DNA from: Tubulanus polymorphus
Lineage: Eukaryota; Animalia; Nemertea
DNA: 64,000 nt
NCBI RefSeq assembly: GCF_964204645.1
Contig: NC_134027.1
Location: 23,274,560-23,338,559, forward strand
Direction: 5' to 3'
Shown here: piece by piece, positions 25,201 through 39,000 of the stretch
Numbering within the stretch: position 1 is the first letter of the stretch
Layout: each line of letters opens with the position of its first letter
Made by a program: the position numbers and the translations under genes
Notes under the pieces: model-generated
Database searches by the model: none
Seen by the model: the letters and a program-made list of their open reading frames with translations, nothing else
Told to the model about the DNA's origin: nothing

Positions 25201-26070
25201 CGGTCACAATGTACCCTTCAGTTATTCATAGATACCGGATAATAGCTTCAGTTGAACTTTATTCAGCCCTCTTCGCAGTGGTTCGTACCAACCATCGACG
25301 CCTATACCGTATTTTTGTCTCCACGTGTCCAAACCCGTTTCGGCTTTCACCCTCAAACTGTCGCGATAGTAAGCGTACTCTAACTCGGTGATGTCCACCG
25401 GTGTCAGGCCGATTTTCTTCAGCATCGATCTCCAGTCTTTCAGGAAGAACTGATTCGCCAACAAGGCCTCTTTCACCTCTTCCCAGATCGATTCGTCTAA
25501 AACAGCATGTAATATTTACACGTCGGAAAAAACAAACAAAAAATATAGAAATGGCCAATACATCATTTTCAACCCTTAGTTTCTTCCAAATCTTGATGCA
25601 TTGAATTAGACAGCCAATATAGTTAACCCTAAACTGTCATTTTCGGTACAGGCTAAAACCAAAATGGAAATTTCCAATAAAGTAATAAAATGAAAAATAG
25701 AATATGTAAATTCGACCAATCATCCCACTGACGATGACACCGGGTCGTCATTAAAAAAAATCTAATTGTTGTCTAATTAATGGCGTACGTGCTTTTAATT
25801 AATAAAACGAAATTATTGACCGGCATTTCGGTCAAACTGTACTTTGGTCGAGCTCAAAAAATGCTGAAAGACCTCCGACATTTCCATAATAATCGATACT
25901 ACATACTTCACTACAAGTAAAAAGGCTTACTGTAATGGAGCGGCTTTTAGTCAAACTCTCTGAAAGTTCTTATTAGATTTCGAATACCGTGTACGTTAGC
26001 CTTTAGCTCGTTTGAAAGTAAAACAATCGAGGATTATATTATCATACGTACCCGCAGCTATATCGTCCAT
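22230..26070 (-). CDS. 304-aa protein: N-terminal Death-like domain plus RPGRIP1/RPGRIP1L-type C-terminal C2 domain
   Basis: Eight GT-AG exons with matching phases, 915 nt total: 26070-26052 (ATG), 25496-25236, 24716-24675, 24600-24536, 24389-24173, 23298-23214, 22977-22850, 22327-22230 (TAG). Death-like: KDWRSMLKKIGLTPVDITELEYAY..LDTWRQKYG..LRRGLNKVQ. C2: RIFVEFFPFL..LET, RIRFTVVSDP..ECEDIGVAYVNF, IGFMNVSV. Confidence 0.82.
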
Positions 26071-28694
26071 TTCGGTAATACTGTTAATAGAGGAATACGT
26101 ACTCATAAAATCGGTTGGAAATACCAGTTTCCGTAACAAAAGAGTTCCCACACGCGGCCGGAATGAAAATAAATCGACTTTTCAATCCGATTCAATAGCG
26201 ATATAAACTTTTGAATACTTATTGTATATGTGTCAACACATATATCTGGTCTCGGTAAAAGTCATTAAAGGAACGTAACAGTTTTTTACTTTGAAAATTG
26301 TGAAAGTGTGTGACAGTGTGTGTGACTTGAAGTCAGCTTGGAGTAGATCAACACAACCCGAACGCTTGAATTGCAAACTAATACTAAAGTTTATTTCATC
26401 CCATGAAGTCAGATTATCATTACGTGCGCACGCGTAGTACTATAGCTCGTGGTCAACCCACGTACGTAACACAAACTCTTAAAAGGTGTTTCTGTTCCAG
26501 TAATAAATGGTTTCCGGACATTTAGAATTGCGTGGTAGGGTGAGATGAGTCAAAGTTAAGATAATACTGATGTTAATTCTCGACAAAAATGTATAAGGTG
26601 AATTCAAAAGGGAAGAAAGTATCGGTATTTTACTTCAACCTAATTTTGTTTTCGTTGTTGTTGTTGCTGTAGCTGTTGTTTTTGTTTCCCGAAACGTTGG
26701 TGTTGGTTCGCGATTACTGATGCTAATAAACTAAGAGGTAATTATGATACGACTGTAAGTTCAGTCCCGACGAATCGGCTGAAAAATGGCAGTTGTCATT
26801 CAGCCAAACTTAAGTAATTTTCCATAATTCCCGTCATTTCGAATTCGAGGGAGCTTTGCAGTAAACCGGCTATCGCTGCCTTGCAGCTATATTTATTATC
26901 ATTATTATTACTGTATATCGATTTGAGGTAACAATGCGGTTATATTACGGAAAACCAGAGAATCCAAAAGAACGTTACACCGGTCCCGCATATACCGCAA
27001 TACGTGCGAAATAAATTATGTGCGCTGCTTTGTAAGATATGTAAAACTTCGTCCTGTGGCTCATCTTATTGCGAAGGCAGTTATATTGTAACTGAAAATA
27101 AGTTTTGTGAACGGAACCATTCAAAATGCCCTGCTCTCTACTGGTAGGGCAGTACAAACTTAATTGGGAAATGTTTCTTGGATATTGTACGTTCGATGTC
27201 TTGTGCCTTGTGAAATGATATGACGATGGAAGATAATTCATTAGAGGTTTAACATATGTACAATAGAATAATCTAATCGATGCCTTCCAGAGGTTGCTGT
27301 TGCAGCTTATGAGTTGTTTGATGACAACATGACTAGTGCAGTTCAGAGCTCGGTGTAACATGAATCGTTTGCGAAGGTTTTGGATTTATCGACCGCTTAG
27401 TGAGTTTCGGGCCCCCAATTCCCCAATATATGCGGGTATGAGACGAATGGCGTTGGGATTTTCAATCGTCGATTAATCAGTAAACTTAATTGTGTAAATT
27501 GCGCGAGGAATGGAAAATTCAGAATAGTCGCGATACAATTATCTCACATTAAATAATTGACTGTATTGGATAAGGTGAAATTATGAGCTACTTTGAAAAT
27601 TCGAGAATTTGGACAAAAACAATTTGTTTATAAAAATCCAACCAGAAACTTTGCCACTGTTGGGTCGATCCTGTAATTCAGAGATGCTTTGGCTGCGAGC
27701 ATCAACACGTTTCAGCGTAAAACATTCGATAGGGAAATCCTCCTAACAGATTAAGCACCCTTTGTAATCATTTCTGATAAAGATTGACACTAACGCCAAA
27801 ATCCGTTTGCTCCTGGATGGTGGGAGGCAATGAAGATAAGCGTCGCCAAATGTTAACAGAGATCACGATAACGACCTTCCAGCCCAGAGTTTAACGCTCT
27901 AACCAATTCAGAAATGTTTCCCATTGTTTTGGCTTCGAGGCTCTGGGCCGCAATTTGGTGTAATGAGAAAATCCTCTTTTACAGAACGACAGCCCCAAGT
28001 GAGATCAGTTCTATAATTACCCAAAGCTTTATCGTCATATACTTAAACTCATTATTTTATGAAAAAGCTGCCAGCTCCACTATTTGAATAGCCAGGAAAA
28101 TCCTCCCTACGAAAGGACGAATGTTTTTTTTCTGCATACGTGTCATTTTCAGGTTATATGTTAAACACGTCTACTATACACGTGGTTAGAAATACTTCAA
28201 GGTATTTAACTATGAATTATTCTGGGAATGGCTTGTTTTCATATTGTACATCTTTCACGCCTTTTGGGTGCAGTAATTTCTTTGTCGTTTTCTATTTTGG
28301 AGATACATTGTTCCAGGCGCACTGTAAGCTCGATGTTTCAGTTTGGTGCCTGCAAATGGTTGATGAGACAATGGGCCAATCAGATTTTAAATATCTGCAT
28401 AATACAATGCGTGAAGAAATGTTGGGCCAATCATATTCTTCTTGATCCTCATAGCCTTCGTCAAGTGTAAGAGATACATTTAGGTATTAGCATCTTGATA
28501 TAGAAAATCTTTTCAGGAAAAGCTTCTAATAAACTGAGATCCAATGAGCAGTTAAATCTATTCAATGACGAAATCGAAAAACAACAAATCAAATTAAGAC
28601 TAGGGTTAGTCTAGATTTTTCGATTATATATTACCACTAGTTGCGAGCATCCATCGCATTCAACTGGCAATTTTGTCGTCAAACCTTCGACACG

Positions 28695-30600
28695 ATGAAC
28701 GCGAACAAAATTTTGCTGGTTATTTTCTGTTTAGGCGTCGCTAAGGTTTTATCTGAGGTTCAGTTTCAGAAATTCGTTCGACTGCCGGAATGTTCGAGAG
28801 AACGAAACGAGACGAATTCGCCAAACCGGGCGAATAAAACTGACGTGATCGGAAGCAGAAAGGTTCGTAGCGCTATCGAGTGCGGTGCTGATTGTATGAA
28901 CGATGAGAAATGTTCAATGATGTCGTTCGCTAAGGACACGGGAAATTGTTACCTCTTCGATGTTGGCATTAACGATGAGTGCAGCACCACTGACGGCAAA
29001 ACCAAGTACTACAAGGTAAGAGTAAATGTGCACATTCATTACGTAATAAACAAAATCGTTGAAAATATTAGTAACTGGGTGGATAGAATTATTTTGATGA
29101 TGAAAATATTTGATAGTGCGATCATTTTTAGTCCACCTTGAGTCGAACCTGTATTTGCTGGTCATAGGACCCTTTGCTATTGCCATTTATATTACAATTT
29201 CTTTGAAATAAGTTACAGCACCATTGTGTACTTTAGCCATCCTAGGATGCTAACGTATAAATCTGAAATTAAGACTAGCCATCCCTTTACTAAAGCTCAT
29301 TGTTAAATACTCTTTCATGTTAATTGTTCATTTACTTCATTTTTTAATTCATGCATCATAATTTGTAAGCCAAATACGTATTTTACATGCAATTAAATGG
29401 CAATAACATTACATCTTTATATCATTATTGTTGTTCGTAGTGCAGAGGTTTAAGGGCAGTAACATGTCCAGTTCGATAGCGTTACACTGTGTGGTTCGAA
29501 ATCATGAATAACTACTATATCTGTGCTCTACGTTCTTTCAGAAGACCAATCGTGAATCATCATCCACCAGTGCCAGCACCAGCACCGACACCAGCAGTAG
29601 TAGCACTGGTACCGAAATTACCCCTCAAGCAACGACAAGTAAGATATTTATACTTCAAATGATTTGAATTTTAACTCGGACCCATTATAGCGAAATAAAA
29701 GTTAGAATTTAGGACCAGTCTAATACCATCTTTATGATTACATAGCTCATCTAACAAGTCTTAAGATTTTGCGTCCAACTTCTGACTCTTGGAAAACGAC
29801 CGTGTGCAATATGCCCAGGTTCAACTGTCCTCGTAAAAGTATCACGTGACCTCACAGTAAACTAATCAAACATTTCGATACAACGTTGTATACATATAAC
29901 GATATGACCAAGTCAGTCCTGAGTGCATCACTAACTCAAGGCATAAAACGTTTAATTTCTATCTTTAGGTGCCGCCATCGAGAAGTTAAATCCCCCAAAA
30001 TTCCGTTACTTTTACGATTTCGAAAATGTCGATACCGAAAAAGGAATCGTACACGGCGAGGGGGCGAATATGAAAGCCGAAAACGAGCTTCGTCAAAATG
30101 GAAAACTTCAACTGGTCAAAGGTGTTGATAACAGTCAAACTGTATCGTTATCGAATACTATGAAACTAGTTTTCGGCGATTCAAAGGACGTGAACGCGAT
30201 GGGAAATTACTCGGTTTCGTTTGTCTCGCGAGGACCTCGCGGAGTCGTCACTATTTCATGCAAACTTTTCGACATCGCTTGGTTCGATCGCAATAAGAAG
30301 TTGTTCGCGTGTCAACGCGTTCAGTCGAAGAAAACTTCGAAATATCGGATTAACCTTTTGCCCGATTCGGATAAATGGATTTCAACGACATGTACAAACG
30401 GGATTCTTTATTTCGGAAATGAACAAATAAAGCCATTCGAAGAATCTGATATGTTGATAAAGAGAGTGAGGCCGCCACAGATAGGTGGGAAGGTGGATGG
30501 CTTGAGGCGGGGAAACCCCTCGAAAGAAGAGCATTTATACGCAGTCCAGATGACGGGTGAAACCTTAATCGATAATTTTACATTGGAAATTTGGGATTAA
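28695..30600 (+). CDS. Secreted 349-aa protein: signal peptide, PAN/apple domain, Ser/Thr linker, probable LamG/ConA-like beta domain
   Basis: Exons 28695-29015, 29542-29638, 29969-30600 with consistent phases. Signal MNANKILLVIFCLGVAKVLS; PAN pattern SAIECGADCMNDEKCSMMSF..GNCYLF; C-terminal domain starts YFYDFE and ends IDNFTLEIWD. Confidence 0.8.
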
Positions 30601-33234
30601 CGAAAAATGAATAACATTTTCGGGTTTTACAGTCGGAACCTAACGAACCCCCAAAAAATGGTTAAGTTTGAATTGTCCTCATTGAAAACGTCAAGTAACC
30701 AATAGCGATTACCCCAAAAATTTGAGTTAAAGTTTTTTTGTGTAACTGGACCGGGTCACCAACCCAGCTCGCGTAGAACGGTGGATCCGAACTGTTTGGA
30801 CTGTCAACTTCGCTGTAGATATTGCCTTTGTGGTTTTAGACTATTTCTCTTTTCTATTTACTTCATGCATTCCAATACATCTGCACTGACATTTTTGACG
30901 GTATTTTTTCACCATCAGTAGATGTAAATCTTAACTGGTTTCTTGCCACAAGTAATGTATTAACCCCTCAAAAAGAACACATAGCCCTATACACTGTATT
31001 GCTTAATATTGTCGACAATAAATGATATACAATATAGATGATATACGCATGTAGTAAATGTTAACGGTCGATAAATTTATTTCGAATTTGAATATATCGA
31101 GAATTCAAATGAATTGACACGTAACTGGTGTAGCCCCGATGATGACGTATTGCACTTCCACTTCCTTCAATTCATTATCAAAAAGAAAATAAAAATCATG
31201 AAATCAATCTAACCACAAAATAAATTCATTATAATTGTCTTTTGAAAAGCCAACGGCTCCTTGAATAATGGATACAGTTACAGTTTGTAATGTAAACAGT
31301 ATTGTAAAGGGTGTTATTGTATGTTTTTATCTCGTTGTAACCCTGAATGCACGCACGTCTGTCCGCTGAATAAAATCGAATGTCAAGAAATTCTTCGAGT
31401 TTTTAATTCTTTCACAACGGGACGACAAGGCAAGGATCACTTGGTAATTGTGTTCTCATGTTATTTTGGTGTGAAATTGCCTAAATTACCAAGTTTGGTA
31501 ATTTATTGACGGTAATTTTTGGACAGATTTTCCATTCTTTTTCTCGGACTTTCATTCCCTGGGACATTTTCTTCCGGGGACATTGCTTCCGGGACGTATT
31601 TCTTCCCGGGACATTTCCTCCCGGGACATTTTACCGTATACCATGCACGGATCACGCCTCGCTCTGTTGACTCTTATACTAACTATCCAGGAACGCTTCA
31701 TCCCGTCAAATCCATTTTCAACTAATTCAAACCTTTAACGCGACAAATAATTGCAAATTCACAAAATCAACCACTATCAATGTAAAAAATTCAGATACTG
31801 TAACGATTCAGAAGTGACAATGAAATATAGGCGATATTGAAATACTGAAGGAAAACTTTTAAACAATTCCAATCTTTCTTGAATTGTCGTTTTTTAACGT
31901 CGAGTTTAACAATATTGAAAAAGAAGAGAAAAAATCCTATTCTCATTTGTTTTGTCTGATCGTAATGGCACGTTTTTCAGGTGCTCAGGACGGAACCCGT
32001 TGACAAGCAACGCGGCGAGGGAAATTCTATTGCATAATCCAGCACCGCCGGGGATCTACTTACTGCAATACTGTTTTGGTATCGCGGAATTATTAGGACA
32101 GTGTTAGTGATATTCGCCTTATATAACAAAGCCCCTGGGGCTACCCAGTCAGTACTTATGACCAGTTCAAGCTCCGTCGATGAATAAACAAGGTCAAACT
32201 TTATTTACTTGCTCCATATTCTACAAAAAAAATAATAATTTGAGCACAGATAATTTTGTCTTACAAAACATGTTACATATTACAAGGTGGCCGGAAGAGA
32301 GCAAAGAAAATAATGATTTCGCAGGATTTTTTGTGACATTCATTGATATACGCAAATTTGATATCGTCACGCTTTTAAAGAAACACTTGCGCATGGCTAT
32401 CAAAAGGATAAAAGAGGAATATAGCGCAATGCAATAAGCCCATCCTAACCAATCTAACAACTTAAGACCAGTTTTGAGATTAAGGATCACTTTTGGATTA
32501 AAGTCTGAAACCATGGAACTGGCCCTAAGTGATCGATACCGTATAGATATCTTTATATTCTTGCACGAAAATGGTGAATATTCATGTGCATCATACGTAC
32601 CAGTCGAAATTCGAATAACTAGCAACTTACTCCAATCAGGTCTGATTCACGTATTTCAAAACAGTCTTAGGACGATAACACTTTATCCAAAATATCTCGT
32701 ATCATAAACCATTTGATTTTTTAATGTTTCAAGTACATATCACCTTTACGTTAATGATAAAGTTTTTGAATCTGCGCCTAACGCGGATATTTGAGACCGG
32801 CGAAATAAGTCCGAATTAAGGTTCGAAACATTGATAGCTATTCTACTGGTAATGTTCTCATAATCATAGAGTGTATTGGTTGTGAGGAAAGTAACTGTAT
32901 CAATATCAGCTACGAGAGGAAAAAAAGAAAAATCATCTTTATTTTTTACCAATATTAGCTGGTTACGGAAGCCCGTTGGTGACATAACAAGATTTAATCT
33001 TTTTCACGATTTCGACTATAGAAATTTGAAAAATCGGGCAAAATATTTCAATGAAAAAGACAAGGGCAACCCCAAAGGGAAGGCAGGGGTCCGGACCGCA
33101 GAGACCCCCCCCCCCCGAGATCCGCCCTTGGAGTCACGCATATTTTCCATGTTTGAAACCAGAATGCATATTTTGTAGTGATAATCTTTCAATTTCAGCT
33201 CAGAATATATTCAGAGATTCTGTAAGTATCAATG

Positions 33235-33550
<316 letters not shown>

Positions 33551-34783
33551 GAGCATTGCAGTACTACTTCCTAAATGGGCATGGCATCCGTGGACCCTCG
33601 GTTTTTTCTTTTGTTGAAATGCCTGCATTCCATGATGTCCCACTAGGGAGTAGGTTGTTTTGATGTTTAATGATTAAGTTATAATGTCTGATGTTTTTGT
33701 GTAGTTAGTGAGTTCATTGTTAGATTTCCCTATAATACCAGTATCAACTGACAGACACGTATTTGTACGATACTTAGCACTGATCTATTTCGCTGCGTCC
33801 CCGACTTGTCTAAGCATCTATCTTACCAGCGGCTTGTTGAATATTTCTAAGACAATGTTCGATATAACATTGGATTACTCATTTCAACTATAAAAGTCGG
33901 AGCGAGAGTGAGCATAACCGACAGTCCAATGTTCCGCATAGAGCAGTAACTATATTGTTCATTGTTTATGTTCAATAAACACCGCCTTCTGCGCATTGAT
34001 GTTTTTGAATTTGTGATTAAAAAAAAAACTCTGCAATTTATCTATATCCAAAAAAAACATTTACTTTACGCCTATAAGTCGTTATTCATTTAGTTTCAGC
34101 GCCTGTGGTCCTTGTCCTCCGAGGAGAGTCAACTTCATAATACAACGTACTGTTTCAGACACTTCGATGCTTTTATTTCCATTCAAACGAAGTTAACTAA
34201 AACATCACTCCCCCTCGAATAACCGCCAAAAAGCAGGAGGAACTAGAGAATTCATACCATTAGTACTTATTTTTGATAATTCGTAATCTAATCATTTTGA
34301 GTTAATAATCCAACGTGTATAAAGATGCCCCGGTGAACGCTGACTTGAACCAGTCGAATTGTCTGTATTTTTACTGAAAAAGAAATACCACATGTTTCTT
34401 TTGTTCACGGTTTCTGATTAGCTGCCGGACTCATGATTTTTCTGAAAGATCGCTTTCTGTACGAATACTGCATCGTTGGTTCCACACTATATTTGATCGG
34501 TCCCCTGACTGTTTATTACAAGCTGTTTTAGCAACTTATATCGCCTGCAATCTCATCCATACCTCTCGGATACGGTTCTAAAAACTCGCGTTGACGATGT
34601 CTGCCGATAGATAAGATACGTTAAGTTGGAATCTACGCTTTCTTCTCGAGTAAAGTGAACCACGAACAAAACAAAGGAGAAACCGATGAATCTAAATATT
34701 TAGATTTTATTTCGTAGCTTTTTGGCGTCTCCGAAAGTTACGTACATTCGGAACGGTAGTCCATGCGTTTTAGTTGAACCCTT

Positions 34784-35493
34784 TTAACGACCAACGTTGG
34801 GACCGGTAACACAAGTACCGCCCGAGCATCTTAGCCCGTCACAACAACCTCCAGCGCTTACCCCGGTGCATCCTGTCTGACCCTTTTGAAGGCAAGCTGT
34901 AAAATTATTTGAACCGATCATTAAGAAATTATTGTTAATACAGGGGCGAATTATTTGCTGGAAGCAGGGAATAGTAAAAGAAGGGTAAATTGCCTATCAA
35001 AATGTAAGTGATGTAGATCTGATGAAGTTTGTGGAAATACAAATGATATTTCGATGGTGCAAAATTGCAATTCTAAATCTAATCAAATCAACATGTACGT
35101 ATGCAAAATCCTTTTAAAGACTAGCGAGTCAATGGAATCTATTTAAAATGCGACTGGTACTTCTAAACACGAAATTAATTTTGACATAATATCTCAACAA
35201 AAAGAAACGATTTCGATTGAATTAAAGTTAGTCGATTTTATTCCGCGTCAGAATGTTATGTCAGAATTAATTCCGAAAATATGTTTTTCTCATATCCCCA
35301 GGACGCTTACGTATACGGAGCTTTGTAAAACAGTGAATAAATTTGCATCTACACTCCTCGTGTAAGTTTGATTTACGATGAATTATGAATTAAACTAATC
35401 GAGCATGATTATTTACTCACCATAGCTGCTCATCGCACACATTGCCAAAACTCCCAATAACAGGATCAATCTGGCTACAGTAATCATGTTCAT
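34784..35493 (-). CDS. Secreted ICK/knottin-type peptide precursor, copy 1 (A type)
   Basis: Exons 35493-35421 and 34896-34784, phase-1 GT-AG intron: MNMITVARLILLLGVLAMCAMSSYA-CLQKGQTGCTGVSAGGCCDGLRCSGGTCVTGPNVGR*. AATAAA at 34711-34706. Confidence 0.88.
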
Positions 35494-35659
35494 CTTATCG
35501 GTTTGCGTCTAATGTTTCTAGAAAATAACAACAGTCAGTTTAGAATGCGTAGGATTAACAACTTCAAATACAAAAAGGTGGAAATATTCTGCTGTTGTTA
35601 TAATAGATATCATAAAAATTGATATTAAGCGTTCAGTCATTTATACGGAAGCGATAAGG

Positions 35660-36074
35660 TACGGATGCGATAAAGGGCCTCCAGTTGTCGCGTTCCAACT
35701 CGAAAAGTCGCCATATTATTGTCGACATATCGCGATATATCGAGTCAAGTCGACATGAATATGTCGACATATCGTGACGTTTTCACGACAAATTTCGCCT
35801 TTTGCCCATTTTCCACGGGACAAGCCGTCATTTTTAGACACGTCGAAATGTAAGATGAGGACGCCAGTGATATGACGACTGAGTTTCAAGTCGTCATGAA
35901 TATGTCGACTTGTCGCGAGGAAAATGGTCGTGAAAACGAAATATGTCGTCAAAACCTCACGATATGTCGAAATATTCATGTCGACTTGACGCGATATATC
36001 TCGATATGTCGACATAAATATGAAGACTTGTCGAGTTTGAACGCGACAACTCGAGGCCCTTTATCGCTTCCGTA
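35660..36074. mobile_element. Palindromic MITE flanked by TA (Tc1/mariner-type target)
   Basis: ta-cgga(a/t)gcgataaagggcc ... ggccctttatcgcttccg-ta, with long arms rich in gtcgac; relatives at 48567 and 49525. Confidence 0.85.
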
Positions 36075-39000
36075 CTTTATCGCTTCCGTACTTCATCGTT
36101 TCCGTAGTATAGTGTCGGACAACTTACCTTCAACAGAGTTTGCAATTCGAATACTTGTTGAAATTATTACTAACATTTTATGGAATATGATGGTTTCCAC
36201 TTAGATATTGGATTTCGAAAATTTCAGCGCTTCTAACATAAAATCGATTATTTTGTTTCACAAGTTGCAGCAAAATTGTCGTTAGCGGACGGAAAATTGA
36301 GATAAATTACCACTCCGCCACCGACTGTGAAAACAGATGCAGCGTCACCAAATGAGTAACACGAGCCGACAATAGATGTGCATTCTAGAAATATCAAATA
36401 AACTCAAGTACATTTTCTCTTTAAGCTGAGTAAACTATGCCTTGCTGGTGAAATTAAATGTGAACTGTTATTCTAAACATCACACGAAAATCCATATATT
36501 TAATATTCACCATATCGGTGATTAAAGATAATGTCCGATCAAGATACAAGCACCGAATTATATATCATCATTTCGACTCTTTTTAGATGAAACTGGTCAA
36601 AACGTTGGCTATACTGTCTCTCAGCCACACCGTTGACCATTTGGGCCAGTTTAAGATTGCTATTTAAAACAGCCGATATGTGTTGGTAATTGAGGGACTT
36701 AGGTAAACACCGTGCATGCGAGATGATTAGTTTCACAAACAAGATGAAAAATACTATTTCACTCGATCTCTGCCGTCTTTCCATATTTCATGTAAGACGT
36801 TACTTGTGCACCGTGCGGCCCAGTCTAGGGGGCGGTTAATCGTCGTATTGTTTCGGTTATAACTAGCAAGTAGTGTCAATAGTTGTATGTGTATGCTACG
36901 AGCAATCATCTCAAGATGAGATGATGACATGATTGCTCGTAGGTGAATGGGAGTAGATAGTGTGCGCAGTGTGCGCACGATAGCGCACACTAGATGTATG
37001 CATGTGCGTACTCTGTAGGGAAATGGCTCAAATGACGAGGTGAGAGCTTGAGAAGAAGTAAGAAAAGCAGTTAGTAACTATCATTAAAATACATGGGAAT
37101 GTTAGGTCGAGTGAACGGGGAGTAGAAAGGGTAGCAGGGACTGAACATACAAAATATGGTAAGGCTAGAAGCGGGTGAGGTCATGGTTTATGAATGTGAG
37201 AAATGTACAAATTAGTATATAAGTCTAAGGTTTTTGGCTCAGGGAAGATCAAGAGAACGAAGAGAGAATGCAACTCGTAGGAAAATAATTAAGAAAGCAA
37301 AGCGTGATCATAATCTGAGAAAGAATTGTTAGTACTTAATACCTACTTGAAGAAGAAGAAGGCCGAGGTGGAACAACCAGAATAAACAGGCAGATCACCG
37401 AGAAGAACAAGCTTCATAGAGGATCCAGTGGTGCAGCATTGGTCAACAACGTGAGATATGATACACGACACACAGGTTATTCAGGGGTTTCAGTCCCACA
37501 ACAGTAGATATGATACTAAAATTGATATTTTGGTTCGAAGATAAAAATAAAACCACAGCACTTATTCATGGATGGTGATGTCGTATTCTACGTGTTACAA
37601 ACCACCTCGAATTCAAAAATATATGTCTCTGTTCATGTGACGCATAGGCCTATGTACGTAGTGAAATTGTGTGAGTTCAAAATGTTCGGAAAACGTTGAG
37701 ACGTAAGGTACAATATATGATATAAACCTGCAGATCTGCAGAACACAGCGGAATCGGTTGATTTCAAACATCTAGCGATTGGTGACTTGTTCTGGCTAAA
37801 TCGACTGTTATTGATCAAATAATCGGATTCTAAGAGCGCGGCGGGCTTTTACATGATTTTCACTTTTCTTTCGAATTGAGCATTCACTATAGTTTATATT
37901 GATGTTCGTCGATAAGGATCTAACAGATAGATGAAGCTTTAGATTTTCTATTGCGTTCACTTGTCATCGTCAGTCGTTTGTCCGTTGACGGATGAAAGTG
38001 CTTTTCATTACCGCAGTTAGATTCCGAAATGAATGAGTTTCGCATATAGAACTTCAATCATTGAATAATTTGACGTTGTTCTGTCGATAATTCTGTGTAC
38101 AAAAATTGTTTAACAAATACATAATTATACAACGATATTGTTCTTAAGTAAGTATTTTGGAATTCCATTGTGATTAAGCATTCTGAATATCACATTGAAT
38201 TTGAAAGTTTTGTTCTTACCGCGGTACGTTAAATGTCATTGGCGTCCGTACGTTTATTTTTCACCAGGGGGCGCTGGAGGGTGCAATTGTCGAGAGTTGG
38301 ATTGTCGAGCATTTCGTTACCTTTTCCAAATTTGTCTCTAGACCGAAGAATCTTTTTGATTCCATGCACTTGTTCCGGTCGAAAGTAAGTTTGTTTCTAT
38401 GTTTAAGCGTTTGTTAGCGCCCTAGTGTAGTGAGTGAGGTCCTCTTTAGATTTGAATGCATCCAGTATTTTTGTTTAAATCGAAGCAAATAATTGGGAAA
38501 TTCAGTTCATCCAAACAATCTCTCAACCTGTCTGAAACGGCAAGCGACTTATTGGAGTTAATGGGGTTCCGGCAACATTACCTGTGGCAAGCGGAATTCC
38601 ACCATAATCGCTATAAGTGTACTGTACGACGTCGACGCTGGATTTCTTCTCAAACTCAATTAAAATCTATCAATAATTTCTCGAATTCTATGCATGATAT
38701 ATGAAAATCGTGGCACATATGAACTCTAAAGACTAATCAGAGTTTATTTCGATGCGTGATTTGCCCAAAATTTGGATTGGAAGACCGAAAATTGAGATCA
38801 AAGTTACTTGAAAATAAACTAATTTTGATCGTGTGCGTCTGATATCTCAGTGGCGCAATCTGACGTGATAGTTGAAGTATCTCGTATCATAAACCATTTG
38901 ATTTTAGAATGTTTCAAGTACATACCACCATTACGTTAAATGATAAAGGTTTTGAACCTGCGCCTAACGCGGATAAACTGAGACCGGCGAAATAAGTCCG

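Noticed and set aside
31545-31640. Five gggac(a)ttt repeats, superficially CRISPR-like
   Set aside because: About 15-bp tandem units with no unique spacers, in a eukaryotic context; probably a transposon sub-terminal repeat.
33708-33893. 61-aa ORF recurring in several units
   Set aside because: GTG start, frameshifted in unit 2; recurrence is explained by the duplication.
35716-36204. ORFs with repeated ICRHIHVDLTRY motifs
   Set aside because: Translations of the palindromic MITE arms.
36930-37450. Possible LINE 3' remnant in A-type units
   Set aside because: Purine-biased composition is suggestive, but I found no RT or endonuclease motif.
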